Source: Deferribacterales bacterium
Lineage (GTDB): Bacteria > Chrysiogenota > Deferribacteres > Deferribacterales > Geovibrionaceae
DNA length: 64,000 bases
Direction: 5' to 3'
Assembly: GCA_050253075.1 (NCBI GenBank)
Contig: JBFWJS010000007.1
Location: 32,001-96,000 of the forward strand
The position numbers and the translations under genes were made by a program. The first letter of the stretch is position 1, and every line of letters starts with the position of its first letter. Below the pieces are notes generated by a model. That model was not told the DNA's origin, searched no databases, and saw only the letters and a list, made by a program, of their open reading frames with translations. Shown here piece by piece: positions 9,823 through 19,969 of this stretch.

Positions 9823-10505
9823 AGCGCATATTCTATGAAGGAAAACTGAACAGTATAATAGAGATAGAGGGGGACTACTTCCACTATCTCAAAAATGTGA
9901 TAAGGGCGAAAGCGGGTGACAGGCTCGGCATCCTCACCGTGGATGAGTTCGCCGAATGTACGATAACAGAGATGGGCAAAAGGAACGGACTGATAACAGT
10001 CGATACGAAACGCCCGATAAAAGAACACTCCCACAGGCTGAAGGTGTATCAGTGCCTTTTAAAGCGTGAATACATGGACTTCGCCGTTGAAAAATATACA
10101 GAACTGGGCGCTACAGAGATAGTACCCGTGATATCAGACCGCAGTCTGAACGACCTGAAAGATAAAACCATGCAGAGGTTCATAGACATATCCGTCAAGG
10201 CTGCCCTGCAGTCAGAGAACGAGCAGCTCCCGATAATATCCGATGCTATCGACATAAAAGATGTCATGGCAGACGCTGAGTCGAACGTACTCTTTTATGA
10301 GCGGTGCGAAGAGAAGGGGGGCATCACCCCGTCAAAGGATATGAGCATCATCATAGGTCCCGAGGGGGGCTTCACCGATGAGGAATATGCTATGCTGGCG
10401 GCCAAGGGCTTTGTGCCTGTGCGCCCCATAGAACAGATATTAAAGGCGGAGACGGCATCAGTGGTCTTCACAGGATATATCCGCATAATGCAGGAGACCA
10501 TCTGA
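9819..10505 (+). CDS. rsmE: 16S rRNA m3U1498 methyltransferase
   Basis: EKYTELG, IIGPEGGF and ILKAETA motifs. Confidence 0.9.
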   Translation: MKRIFYEGKLNSIIEIEGDYFHYLKNVIRAKAGDRLGILTVDEFAECTITEMGKRNGLITVDTKRPIKEHSHRLKVYQCLLKREYMDFAVEKYTELGATEIVPVISDRSLNDLKDKTMQRFIDISVKAALQSENEQLPIISDAIDIKDVMADAESNVLFYERCEEKGGITPSKDMSIIIGPEGGFTDEEYAMLAAKGFVPVRPIEQILKAETASVVFTGYIRIMQETI

Positions 10506-10978
10506 TGGATGAGTTCACCCCGCAGGATGAGCTGTACATGCAGGAAGCCATCAGAGAGGCAGAAAGGGCAGCAGAAAAAGGCGAAGTGCCAATAGGCGCT
10601 GTCATAGTCTGCGAAGGCGAGATAATCGGCAGGGGTTCAAACAGTAAGAACAGCGGTAAATCGGCACTGAAACATGCAGAGATAATAGCCATAGAGGACG
10701 CTTCGTCTAAGATAGGCGACTGGCGTCTGGACGAGTGCTCCCTTTATGTGACGCTGGAGCCGTGTCTTATGTGTGCCGGTGCTATAATACACGCCAGAGT
10801 GCGTAATGTGATATTCGGTACGGCAGAGCCGAAGTTTGGCGGTGTGGTGACACTGGCGCATACTTTCGACATCGAAGGGCTGAATCATAAGGTGAATTAT
10901 AAAGGCGGACTCTACGCTGAGGAGATATCCGCCATGATGAAATCTTTCTTTAAAGAGATACGTTCGAAAAAGTCCTAA
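10505..10978 (+). CDS. tadA: tRNA adenosine(34) deaminase
   Basis: GEVPIGAVIV, HAEIIAI and TLEPCLMCAGA motifs. Confidence 0.9.
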   Translation: MDEFTPQDELYMQEAIREAERAAEKGEVPIGAVIVCEGEIIGRGSNSKNSGKSALKHAEIIAIEDASSKIGDWRLDECSLYVTLEPCLMCAGAIIHARVRNVIFGTAEPKFGGVVTLAHTFDIEGLNHKVNYKGGLYAEEISAMMKSFFKEIRSKKS

Positions 10979-11349
10979 GAATAGGGGACATCCTCTTCGA
11001 ATCTGGTGAGGAACTCTGATATGACAACCTTGTCGTATTCCTCGATATCTTCAAATCTGAATGCTACAAACCTCTTTCCGTATTTCATATTTACGGTATC
11101 AGGCTCGATGCGCCAGACCATTGCTTTTGTATATATCAGGTCTTTGCCTTCGGCGAGAGGTATCTCTATCTGACATTCGTATTTTTCATAGATGCAGAAG
11201 TCCACGTTTGTCCTTATCTGCATACCGCCGAGGCTGATGTCTATCATTTCGTTGGAGCGGAACTCTCCGTCTCTCTTGAGATAAACTTTGATAGGAACGG
11301 CTGAATACCGCTTAAACTGTCTTCTTTCTTCTTTTAGTGCTGTGCCCAT
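10975..11349 (-). CDS. PilZ domain protein
   Basis: ERRQFKR (RxxxR) and DISLGG (DxSxxG) motifs. Confidence 0.88.
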   Translation of the reverse strand: MGTALKEERRQFKRYSAVPIKVYLKRDGEFRSNEMIDISLGGMQIRTNVDFCIYEKYECQIEIPLAEGKDLIYTKAMVWRIEPDTVNMKYGKRFVAFRFEDIEEYDKVVISEFLTRFEEDVPYS

Positions 11350-11449
11350 TGTAATCCCCGATTTTTAACGTTTTCAAAAAAGAATAATTTTAGTCCGTAA
11401 TTAGAGATTATTATGCAAATGATCTCAAAAATCCACACGTAAAATCGTT

Positions 11450-13396
11450 TTACATAAAAAAGTAAGGATCTCTGTCTACCTTTATGCGGAGCGTTGATTT
11501 CTCATGGTTTTTGACTATCTGTGAGGCTGTGCGGATGAGCCTTGTCAGCTCATTATTTGAGGGGCTTTTTATGATTATCCCGTAGCGGAATCTGTTCTGT
11601 ATTTTATATATCGGAGCCTGTGCGGGGTAGAATATTTCTGCCTCGTTTTTCCCCCTGATGAGTGTGTCGTAAAGGAGGAAGGCGGCGTTCTTCACCGTGT
11701 CTTCGTTTGTGTGGGAGAGAGTGATGCGGCACATCTTGTAAAAAGGCGGATATTTGAACAGCTTCCTGCGGTTCATCTCCATCTCATAGAATGAAGTGTC
11801 GAGGCAGTCCAGCCTGTTGAATATATCCAGCTCGGGCATATTGGTCTGTATGATGACACGCCCTTTCTTTTCCGATCTGCCTGCACGCCCCGACAGCTGC
11901 ACGAGGAGCTGATAGGCACGCTCCGCAGCACGGAAATCGGGCAGGGTGAACATGTTGTCTATGTTTATGATGCCTGCCAGTGTCACATTGCTGAAATCCA
12001 GCCCCTTTGCCACGAGCTGTGTGCCCGCCATGATGGGGAACTCGCCCGATTCAAAACTGCCGAGCATCTCAGACAGCTTTTTATATGTCGTCACGTTTTC
12101 GGTGTCTAGCCTTAGTATCTGCTTTTCAAAGACTGATTCCAGCACTTCGGCTACTTTTTCGGTACCTGCGCCGTAGTCACGGATGTCGTCCGAGCCGCAT
12201 TCGAGGCATTTCGGCTTCCGCACTTCCTGTGCGCAGTAGTTGCATTTACATGAGTTTGTGGATTTATAATATGTCACGGCGACGGAACAGTTCGAGCAGT
12301 TCACTACGGCTCCGCATTTACTGCAGTAGAGTGTGTGTGAATAGCCCTTTCTGTTTATCAGCAGTATGACCTGCTCGCCTTTGTTTATAGTTTCGTATAT
12401 TGCGTCGTACATTGGTATGGAGATCACATGGTCTATCGCCTCGTTCTCCTTCATGTCGACTATCTGTATCTCGGGCATATCGGCATCGGGTCTGCACGGG
12501 ATGGAGTGATATCTGTATCTTCCGCTCTGTGCGTTTGCCCAGCTTTCTAGCGAGGGGGTTGCACTGGAGAGTATCACGGGTACATCGAGTATCTTCCCGT
12601 ACATCACGGCCATGTCACGCAGCTGATACGACGGTATCTCGTCCTGTTTATAGCTGCTCTCGTGCTCTTCATCCACGATGATGAGGCCTATCTCCTTAGC
12701 AGGGACGAAAAGTGCGCTCCTTGCGCCCAGCATCATCCTAAGATGTCCCTCTGAGAACGTCCAGAATGCCTCTTTACGCTTCTTTGGAGTCTTTTTGCTG
12801 TGGTAGGATAATATGTCGAACCCCATGCGTGCAGAGAGCCTGTTTTCCATCTGCGGGGTGAGAGATATCTCAGGCACGAGATAAAGCACCTGCTTCCCTT
12901 CGGCTATCACCTTTTTAGCCAGCTCGACGAATATTTCCGTCTTTCCGCTGCCTGTGACACCGTGGACAAGATGGGTGGAGAATCCTTTACCCAGCTCCGG
13001 ATCTATTCCGTCGAAGACAACCATCTGAGCTTCGTTGAGTGTCAGATCCTTCGGCGGGTATTCTTTTATCTCTGTGGTCAGTTTTTCTGCGGAGTATATC
13101 TGCTCGGAGATGACGCCTTTCAGCACCTGTCCCTTTTCTGCGCAATAGTATTCGGATATCCTGCTTATCAGTTCCAGATATTTTTCATTGAATACGGGTG
13201 TCTCGTCGAGCACTTCGACGATGGATTTGTAGCGTATCCCCTCTGCGGGGGAAGCATTTTCGGAAAGGACAATACCTGTGAGGCTCCTGCGTCCGAGCTG
13301 AACATTTACCCTGACGCCTGCTTTTAGAGCGGATTCGGATGTATATGTGTATACACCGCCTGTGGGGACAGGCAGGAGAACATCGTAATACATCAT
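11450..13396 (-). CDS. priA: Primosomal protein N'
   Basis: GVTGSGKTE, DEEHESSYKQ, SATPSLES, Cys-rich zinc region and QLSGRAGR. Confidence 0.96.
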   Translation of the reverse strand: MMYYDVLLPVPTGGVYTYTSESALKAGVRVNVQLGRRSLTGIVLSENASPAEGIRYKSIVEVLDETPVFNEKYLELISRISEYYCAEKGQVLKGVISEQIYSAEKLTTEIKEYPPKDLTLNEAQMVVFDGIDPELGKGFSTHLVHGVTGSGKTEIFVELAKKVIAEGKQVLYLVPEISLTPQMENRLSARMGFDILSYHSKKTPKKRKEAFWTFSEGHLRMMLGARSALFVPAKEIGLIIVDEEHESSYKQDEIPSYQLRDMAVMYGKILDVPVILSSATPSLESWANAQSGRYRYHSIPCRPDADMPEIQIVDMKENEAIDHVISIPMYDAIYETINKGEQVILLINRKGYSHTLYCSKCGAVVNCSNCSVAVTYYKSTNSCKCNYCAQEVRKPKCLECGSDDIRDYGAGTEKVAEVLESVFEKQILRLDTENVTTYKKLSEMLGSFESGEFPIMAGTQLVAKGLDFSNVTLAGIINIDNMFTLPDFRAAERAYQLLVQLSGRAGRSEKKGRVIIQTNMPELDIFNRLDCLDTSFYEMEMNRRKLFKYPPFYKMCRITLSHTNEDTVKNAAFLLYDTLIRGKNEAEIFYPAQAPIYKIQNRFRYGIIIKSPSNNELTRLIRTASQIVKNHEKSTLRIKVDRDPYFFM

Positions 13397-14925
13397 TTCT
13401 CCAGAGCTTTCGCCTTCAGCTCTCTCTTAAGTATCTTTCCTGTGGCAGTCATGGGGAGGTTATGTTCCACATTTATATTTTTCGGCAGTTTGAAGTTTGC
13501 CAGATGATTTTTCAGATATATTCTGAGGTCTTTATCCGTGAGGTCAAAGCCTTCCTTCGGTTTGACGTATGCCACGGGTATCTCTCCGCTGGCTTTGTCG
13601 GGCAGACCGATAACGGCAGCAGCCTCGACACCTTCGTGCTTGTGGAGTACCTCTTCGATCTCTCTGGGGTAGACGTTCATCCCTTTAACGATGATGAGAT
13701 CCTTTTTACGGTCTACTATGTAGATGTATCCGTCGTCGTCAATCTTTGCGAGGTCTCCTGTGAAGAGCCATCCGTTGCGGAGTGCCTTTTCACTCAGCTC
13801 TGGCATGTTCCAGTATCCGCTCATTACGTTCGGACCTCTGACGATCAGCTCGCCCACTTCTCCGTTTGAAAGCTCCTTTTCGTATTCATCCACAACCTTC
13901 ACCTCGACGCCTTTCAGCGCAGGGCCGACAGAGAGCGGCTTCTGCTCTTTCAGCAGGTTTGCAGAGACCACGGGGGATGCTTCGGAAAGTCCGTAGCCCT
14001 CGATGATAGGTCTGCCGAATTTCTCTCTGAACTGCTCGAGTGTCTCCTCGGGGAGAGGCGCACCGCCGCTTACATGCAGACGGATAGGGTAGATGAATTT
14101 GAGGAACAGCTTCGGCATTTTTGCCTTCAGGAGTGCGGTGTAAACCTGCGGAACTCCGAGGAAGAATGTCGGGCGTTTGTATATGAGTATCTTTTTAAAT
14201 GTTTTCTTTTTAAGGTCGTTCACGCTTTCGAGTATGACGATGGATGAGCCGACGTATGTGGGCAGTATCACGCATGTCATCATAGCATAAGAGTGGAAAG
14301 CGGGGAGGAACAGCAGGAACCTGTCGTTTATGGTCACTTTAAACCTTGCGAGGCAGGCGGCTGTGTTCTGTGTCATGTTGTTATGGCTGAGCATAGCACC
14401 CTTTGGGTGTCCTGTAGTGCCCGATGAATATACGAAAACGGCGAGGTCGTCGTGTGATATATCCAGATTCGGGTTTGAAGTGCTGAGCCCTTCGGCTGTA
14501 TTGATATTTTCGGATGTGAATCCTGTCTCAGTGAATGCGAGCACTCCCTCAAGCCCTTCGCAGAGCGGGCAGATGCCCGATGCTACATGCTCGAACTGGT
14601 GCGAAGTGATGAAGTATTTTGCTCCGCTGTCGTTTATCATGTAGGCCACTTCCTCCTGTTTGAGGAAGGTGTTCACGGGGATGGCTATGGCGCCGGCTTT
14701 CAGAATGCCGAAGAAGGATACGAAAAAGTTAGGACAGTTCTCCATCATAAGGGCTATCCTGTCGCCTTTTTCCACACCTTTGCTTATCAGCAGGTGAGCC
14801 AGCTTGTTCGCCGATGCATTTATCTCTTTGTACGTATGTTTCTCATCATTGAAGAACAGGTATTTTTTACGACCTTGTCTCTCCGCCTGAGTTTCCAAAC
14901 ATTTGTGTACGAGATCAATATGCAT
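13393..14925 (-). CDS. Long-chain fatty acid--CoA ligase (AMP-binding)
   Basis: YSSGTTGHPKG, EGYGLSE, TGDLA and DRKKDLII motifs. Confidence 0.92.
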   Translation of the reverse strand: MHIDLVHKCLETQAERQGRKKYLFFNDEKHTYKEINASANKLAHLLISKGVEKGDRIALMMENCPNFFVSFFGILKAGAIAIPVNTFLKQEEVAYMINDSGAKYFITSHQFEHVASGICPLCEGLEGVLAFTETGFTSENINTAEGLSTSNPNLDISHDDLAVFVYSSGTTGHPKGAMLSHNNMTQNTAACLARFKVTINDRFLLFLPAFHSYAMMTCVILPTYVGSSIVILESVNDLKKKTFKKILIYKRPTFFLGVPQVYTALLKAKMPKLFLKFIYPIRLHVSGGAPLPEETLEQFREKFGRPIIEGYGLSEASPVVSANLLKEQKPLSVGPALKGVEVKVVDEYEKELSNGEVGELIVRGPNVMSGYWNMPELSEKALRNGWLFTGDLAKIDDDGYIYIVDRKKDLIIVKGMNVYPREIEEVLHKHEGVEAAAVIGLPDKASGEIPVAYVKPKEGFDLTDKDLRIYLKNHLANFKLPKNINVEHNLPMTATGKILKRELKAKALEK

Positions 14926-15517
14926 TCAGTCCTCCGGGGCGTACGCCGAATTTAATGAGTCTCTCGAAAAGCTCTGCAACGGGGAGACCTACGACGTTGT
15001 CATAGCATCCGTCTATCTTCTCCACCATAAGGCATCCTTTGCCCTGAATGGCGTAAGAGCCTGCTTTATCGAAAGGTTCTTCTGATTTTATATACCATCT
15101 GATGAAATCATCAGAATAGTTTTTGAAATAAACGTCTGTGGTGCGGTGGAATCTCTCGCACACTGCGGCACGCTTGTTTATGATAGCGACGCCTGTGGTC
15201 ACCTGATGCTTTTTGCCTCTGAGGAACTGGAGCGTCTCTACGACATCCTGCTCGCCTTTTGGCTTGCCGAAGATGCGCCCCTCGCATGAGACGATGGTGT
15301 CCGCTGCGATGATGAACGCCTCGTCATAAAGGTTTGCTACGTCGTAGCCCTTCATTGCGGCATTTTTAATGGTAAGGTCGCCCACTGCGATGTTCGGGTT
15401 CATGTCTTCTTTCGCTGTGGATGTTACGTATTGGAAGTTTAAGCCTATTCTTGTCATCAGCTCGCGTCTGCGTGGTGAGCCGCTAGCCAGTATTATCTTT
15501 TGTATGTGTAAGTGCAC
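14915..15517 (-). CDS. maf: Maf family nucleoside triphosphate pyrophosphatase
   Basis: ILASGSPRRRELM, AADTIV, DKAGSYAIQG and NVVGLP motifs. Confidence 0.93.
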   Translation of the reverse strand: MHLHIQKIILASGSPRRRELMTRIGLNFQYVTSTAKEDMNPNIAVGDLTIKNAAMKGYDVANLYDEAFIIAADTIVSCEGRIFGKPKGEQDVVETLQFLRGKKHQVTTGVAIINKRAAVCERFHRTTDVYFKNYSDDFIRWYIKSEEPFDKAGSYAIQGKGCLMVEKIDGCYDNVVGLPVAELFERLIKFGVRPGGLNAY

Positions 15518-16023
15518 TATTCAACCTCGGGAAAATTTTTAAGTATCTGTATGGTTATATAGCCCGTCACAGCACCCGTAAGCACTGAAAAGAGCGTAAA
15601 ATACGGTAATAAGTTATAGATCGCATCTGTCTTTATGTAAAGGTTTTTTACGGTAAAAAACTGGACGCAGATATGCACGAAAGCACCGAGAGAACCTATG
15701 GAAACGGGGCTGGTGAACCTGCGGGTGAGATAAATGAAAAATGCCATAGTAAGGGTGGACATTATCGTAGCGGGGAGCCCGATAGACATCTTTACTATCA
15801 GGTTGCCCGTTAAGAGCGGGACGAGTATCCCCTTTGCCAGTGCGACATATATCGCAGCAGGGAGATCGAGCAGATACAGGCACATCATGATGCCCACGTT
15901 CGAAAGCCCGAGCCTGACACCCGGCACAGGGAGCGCGATGAATGTCTCGAACACTCCGAGCGTGACGGTCAGAGCGGCGAAGAGCCCCGTTAGAGCCAGC
16001 CTCTTATTCTGAATATCCGTCAT
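15517..16023 (-). CDS. Gx transporter family protein (heptaprenyl diphosphate synthase component I-like)
   Basis: Hydrophobic; E..I.LPVPGVRLGLSN and GAFVH..VQ motifs. Confidence 0.8.
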   Translation of the reverse strand: MTDIQNKRLALTGLFAALTVTLGVFETFIALPVPGVRLGLSNVGIMMCLYLLDLPAAIYVALAKGILVPLLTGNLIVKMSIGLPATIMSTLTMAFFIYLTRRFTSPVSIGSLGAFVHICVQFFTVKNLYIKTDAIYNLLPYFTLFSVLTGAVTGYITIQILKNFPEVE

Positions 16024-16348
16024 ACTCTTCCTCTTTACACTCTATGACGAGGGCATATTTGTTCGGCACACAGGCGACAGTATCTCCGCACTTTTCCGCC
16101 CATCCTGCATGTATGCATATCTGGTTCGGGCAGTCGCTTTCGATGAACCTTGCGCCGTCTTTAGTCACTTCTATTATCACGTCTCCGCCGTCGAGGGTTA
16201 TCTTATGCTCTTTCAGGGGGATGCGCGTCTTTTCATCTTTGCTGATGAGGTACAGCTTCTTTTCCCCCGAGCTCTTTTCAGCCAGAAAGAAGAGGGGGAT
16301 GAGGAGAAGTATCAGTATGAGTGCGATGTCGGTTTTAGTTATCTTCAA
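16004..16348 (-). CDS. NusG domain II-containing protein (DUF1312)
   Basis: N-terminal TM and SDCPNQICIHAGW..CVPN motif. Confidence 0.85.
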   Translation of the reverse strand: MKITKTDIALILILLLIPLFFLAEKSSGEKKLYLISKDEKTRIPLKEHKITLDGGDVIIEVTKDGARFIESDCPNQICIHAGWAEKCGDTVACVPNKYALVIECKEEEYDGYSE

Positions 16349-17243
16349 ACTTTTCCCATCCGCACATTTTGATTATCTCTTTTTCACGGGTATACAGCAG
16401 CACGGGGGTGTGCATGCTTTGGCAGCGCACCTCTATCTCCTCTGGAGCGAGGAGGAAAAAGGCGGTGGCGAGCCCGTCAGCCTTTATGGTCTTATCCGCT
16501 ATGACGCTGACGCTGGAATAGTATGTGGGGTTTTTACCCGTTGTGGTGTCGAATATGTGAAAGATGCGTTTGCCGTCTTCTGTTTCGAAATAACGCTCAT
16601 AGTCACCGCTGGTGGCGAGAGCTTTATCCTGTAGATTTACGACGGAGAGCACCTTTTCGTCGCTGTCGGGGTGTTTTATGGCTATGCGCCACGGGCGGGA
16701 GCCCTTCGAGCCCATAGCATAGAGATCGCCCCCTGCGTTTATCAGGGCGTTTTCTACATTTTTAAACATCAGCAGTCCGATGGATTTATCTACGATATAG
16801 CCTTTGGCAAATGCGCCCATGTCTATCAGAACGTCTTCCATGCGGTCTGTCTTGTCTATTATCTCTTCGAGCTCTTTGTCCGAAGGCACTCTGTATGGCC
16901 CTTCGTGAAAGCCGTAAAGGTGGGCTATGGTGTATGCGTACATGCTGAATTTGCCGTTTGTCAGCCTTGTGAAGTCCAGCCCTCTGAGAAAAAGGTTTTG
17001 CATCATCCCGGTGAATTCGAAGTTTTGGGTTTCATTGGCTTTCTTTGTGGCTTCCGTCACCATGTTTTCGAGGTTTGTCATCTCCGTGCGTACATCAATG
17101 ACCTTGTCAAAGTCTTTCTTTGGCAGGGTGACGCTGACGAACGTTCCCATTGAATAGAACCTTTCGCTCTCGAACTCATTTCCGCAGCCGAAAAGTATAA
17201 ATATCAGAAGTGTATAGACAACTGCTCCGAGCATTTTCCGCAT
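16335..17243 (-). CDS. apbE: FAD:protein FMN transferase (ApbE family lipoprotein)
   Basis: Lipobox LFGC; SMGTFV, DMGAFAKGY, NAGGD, ATSGDYERYF, HIFD and ADGLAT motifs. Confidence 0.92.
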   Translation of the reverse strand: MRKMLGAVVYTLLIFILFGCGNEFESERFYSMGTFVSVTLPKKDFDKVIDVRTEMTNLENMVTEATKKANETQNFEFTGMMQNLFLRGLDFTRLTNGKFSMYAYTIAHLYGFHEGPYRVPSDKELEEIIDKTDRMEDVLIDMGAFAKGYIVDKSIGLLMFKNVENALINAGGDLYAMGSKGSRPWRIAIKHPDSDEKVLSVVNLQDKALATSGDYERYFETEDGKRIFHIFDTTTGKNPTYYSSVSVIADKTIKADGLATAFFLLAPEEIEVRCQSMHTPVLLYTREKEIIKMCGWEKFEDN

Positions 17244-18187
17244 ATATTATCTTCCGTGTGGCAGACGGTCACATAACCGCTGCGTTCTATTATCACCTCT
17301 CCGCATTTGGGGCAGAGGGTGTCTGATGTCCCTTCGATGTGGGCGTTGCCTATGAAAACATAGTTCAGGTGCTTTTGCCCTATCTTTCGGAACGTATCTA
17401 ACATTTTATCAGATGTTACAGTTTTATCACTCTTATATTGAGGGAAATATCTGCTGATGTGAAGAGGTATGTTTCTGTCTATGGCTGAAATGTATCTGCA
17501 CATCTCTTCGAAAGTGCCCTCGTCGTCGTTCATAGAGGGGATCAGCAGGTTTGTCAGCTCTATGTGTCTGCCTGCTTTTGCGCATCTTTCGATGGTGTTC
17601 AGGGTTGTTTCCAGATATCCGCCTTCGTTTTTATAAAACTCTCTGGTGAAGCCCTTCAGGTCGATATTCAGGGCGTCTATGTACGGCAGAAGCTCTGCTA
17701 GGGGTGTGTCGTTTATCTGTCCGTTTGTGACCAGCACATTTGCCTGTCCGCCCTCACGGAAGACCTTTGCACAGTCGTATACGAACTCGTACCAGACTAG
17801 CGGTTCGTTGTATGTGTATGCAATGCCGAAGCTCTTATTTGCTTTGGAAAGGTGCAGGAGCTTTTCCGGAGTGGTGGTCTGACGGTGGGTTTCCTGTGTG
17901 CTTATCTGCCAGTTCTGACAAAAGTGACAGCGCATGTTGCACCCGTTGGTGCCGACGGAGAGTATCTTTTTACCCGGGTGAAAGTGATAGAGAGGCTTTT
18001 TCTCGACAGGGTCTATGGAGATGGAGCACGCCTCTGCATATGCTGTCTGCTGTAGCATGCCGTCGATATTTTTGCGTATGAGGCAGAGTCCGCTTTTACC
18101 CGCAGAGATGGTGCATTCATGCGGGCACAGCCTGCACTTTACATTATCTCCGCCAGCTTTTTCCCAGTGCTTTGCCAGCACACCCAT
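17204..18187 (-). CDS. AmmeMemoRadiSam-type radical SAM enzyme
   Basis: CRLCPHEC, DPVEKKPLYHFHPG, CNMRCHFCQNWQIS and YTYNEP motifs. Confidence 0.88.
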   Translation of the reverse strand: MGVLAKHWEKAGGDNVKCRLCPHECTISAGKSGLCLIRKNIDGMLQQTAYAEACSISIDPVEKKPLYHFHPGKKILSVGTNGCNMRCHFCQNWQISTQETHRQTTTPEKLLHLSKANKSFGIAYTYNEPLVWYEFVYDCAKVFREGGQANVLVTNGQINDTPLAELLPYIDALNIDLKGFTREFYKNEGGYLETTLNTIERCAKAGRHIELTNLLIPSMNDDEGTFEEMCRYISAIDRNIPLHISRYFPQYKSDKTVTSDKMLDTFRKIGQKHLNYVFIGNAHIEGTSDTLCPKCGEVIIERSGYVTVCHTEDNICGKCSEQLSIHF

Positions 18188-18193
18188 AGGCTT

Positions 18194-19168
18194 TTACCTG
18201 TCTCTTGCCACCATATAGTCAGCTAAGAAATCAAGGGCGTCTCTGTATTCGTTCTGGTCGAACATGTTGAGGTTCTTCTTAGCTTCCTGAATGTATTTGT
18301 CCACTACCAGCTCAGACTTGGCCTTTACATCGTATCTGTGCATCAGATCAAGGATGTAGCTGAGGTTTTCGTCTGTGGCACGCTCGTCCACGATGATGGT
18401 GCGCACCTTCTTCTGCTCCTCTTCTGTGGCGTTTTCGAGGAGTGTGATGATAGGCAGTGTGATCTTTCCTTCGTTAAGGTCTGTTCCCGGCTTTTTGCCT
18501 GTTTTCTCCGGATCGCCGAGGTAGTCGAGGATGTCGTCTGCCATCTGGAAAGCGATGCCGAGTGTCTTACCGAAGTTTTTAAGAGCCTGAATCTTTTCCT
18601 CCGGTACTGCGCCGAGGATAGCTCCTATTTCGCAGCAGCTGGAAAAGAGTACGGCTGTTTTTGAATTTATTATCTTGAGGTAGTCGTCCATTGTGATCTT
18701 GACGTCTGCCGTTTTTATCAGCTGAAATACTTCGCCCTCACTCATTGTGCGGGCAGCAACGGCGAGTATCATCTGTATTCTCGGGTCGCCGTCTTTCACA
18801 AGGTTCATGAATGCTCTGGAATAGAGGAAGTCTCCGCAGAGAACAGTGATGTCGTTGCCGAAGACGTTGTTTGCGCTCTCTTTACCCCTGCGGTATTTCG
18901 CTCCGTCTATGACGTCGTCATGCAGAAGTGTGGCTGTGTGGATGTATTCCACAACTCCCGAGAGGTTTATCGTTCTGTCGCCGTGGTATCCGCTGAGTAA
19001 TGCGGAAAGTATCATGAATACAGGGCGCAGTCTTTTACCGCCGCTTTCAAATACATAAGAGGCAACTTTATTAACCATTTCGACATCAGAGTCGAGGTTG
19101 TCTATCAGGTTTTTCTCTACGGCTTCTCGCTCGTTTTCAACCAGCTTAAGGACATCGTTAATGTTCAT
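18194..19168 (-). CDS. Polyprenyl (octaprenyl/heptaprenyl) diphosphate synthase
   Basis: GGKRLRP, HTATLLHDDVID and FQMADDILD motifs. Confidence 0.93.
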   Translation of the reverse strand: MNINDVLKLVENEREAVEKNLIDNLDSDVEMVNKVASYVFESGGKRLRPVFMILSALLSGYHGDRTINLSGVVEYIHTATLLHDDVIDGAKYRRGKESANNVFGNDITVLCGDFLYSRAFMNLVKDGDPRIQMILAVAARTMSEGEVFQLIKTADVKITMDDYLKIINSKTAVLFSSCCEIGAILGAVPEEKIQALKNFGKTLGIAFQMADDILDYLGDPEKTGKKPGTDLNEGKITLPIITLLENATEEEQKKVRTIIVDERATDENLSYILDLMHRYDVKAKSELVVDKYIQEAKKNLNMFDQNEYRDALDFLADYMVARDR

Positions 19169-19294
19169 CCGGCATCTACTCCAAAACTAATCATTGTTGA
19201 ATTGTTAAAACAGGTATATTCTTACACAGATGTATGTTCAAACACATGTAGGATATACGATAATAATAAGCGTGTAAAGCGAAAGGTAACAGAT

Positions 19295-19969
19295 TTGAGC
19301 TATAGAGGACTGGAAGATACACATCTTACATATTACAAACTTCTGGACGGTATGGATATCCGCACCGGAGGGAAGGTATGTGATTCATCTTTCAACGAAT
19401 TTGTCACTGCGAAGTATCTGGCTGAAAAGAATCTTTTCGACACTGTATATGCTCTCACTCTGGACAGGATGATCGTTCAGGACAAGATAGAGCCACTCCG
19501 CTGCGGCCCGATGGTGGCGCAGACCATGCGCAGGGTCAGGGTGGACGCACACATCTCCCTCGGCGGGACGTTCAATTTTATCCCCGTACACGATGTAACC
19601 CACGCTCTGCACAGCACGCTGAATGTCGGCGGCAGTATATATCTAGCCGTTTATCCGAACATATACGACTCTCAGGGGCGGGACGTCCTTATGATGCTGT
19701 CCGACCATGCACAGGTACCCGTAAAGGATAAGCTGGTCAGGTGGGCTGTCACAGTGCAGAACTCCGTCACCAACCTGTTCATAAAGATAAAGAACGAAGA
19801 GGTGATATGCGACACCACTGTCGGCGAGATAATATCTCTCTTCTCTGCGGAGCATTATAAGAATCAGCTCTTCCGCAGCAGACCCGAATATGAAAAGTTT
19901 TTCCAGAAGCTAAGTCTGGATCAGAAATATTATATGTCTTGGAATGTTATAAAGGGGATGAAAGTATGA
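19295..19969 (+). CDS. Hypothetical protein, possible degenerate class I methyltransferase fold
   Basis: Long ORF coupled (ATGA) to ridA. TTG 19295 follows AAGGT; start uncertain. LHSTLNVGGSIYL resembles the LkpGG motif. Confidence 0.6.
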   Translation: MSYRGLEDTHLTYYKLLDGMDIRTGGKVCDSSFNEFVTAKYLAEKNLFDTVYALTLDRMIVQDKIEPLRCGPMVAQTMRRVRVDAHISLGGTFNFIPVHDVTHALHSTLNVGGSIYLAVYPNIYDSQGRDVLMMLSDHAQVPVKDKLVRWAVTVQNSVTNLFIKIKNEEVICDTTVGEIISLFSAEHYKNQLFRSRPEYEKFFQKLSLDQKYYMSWNVIKGMKV

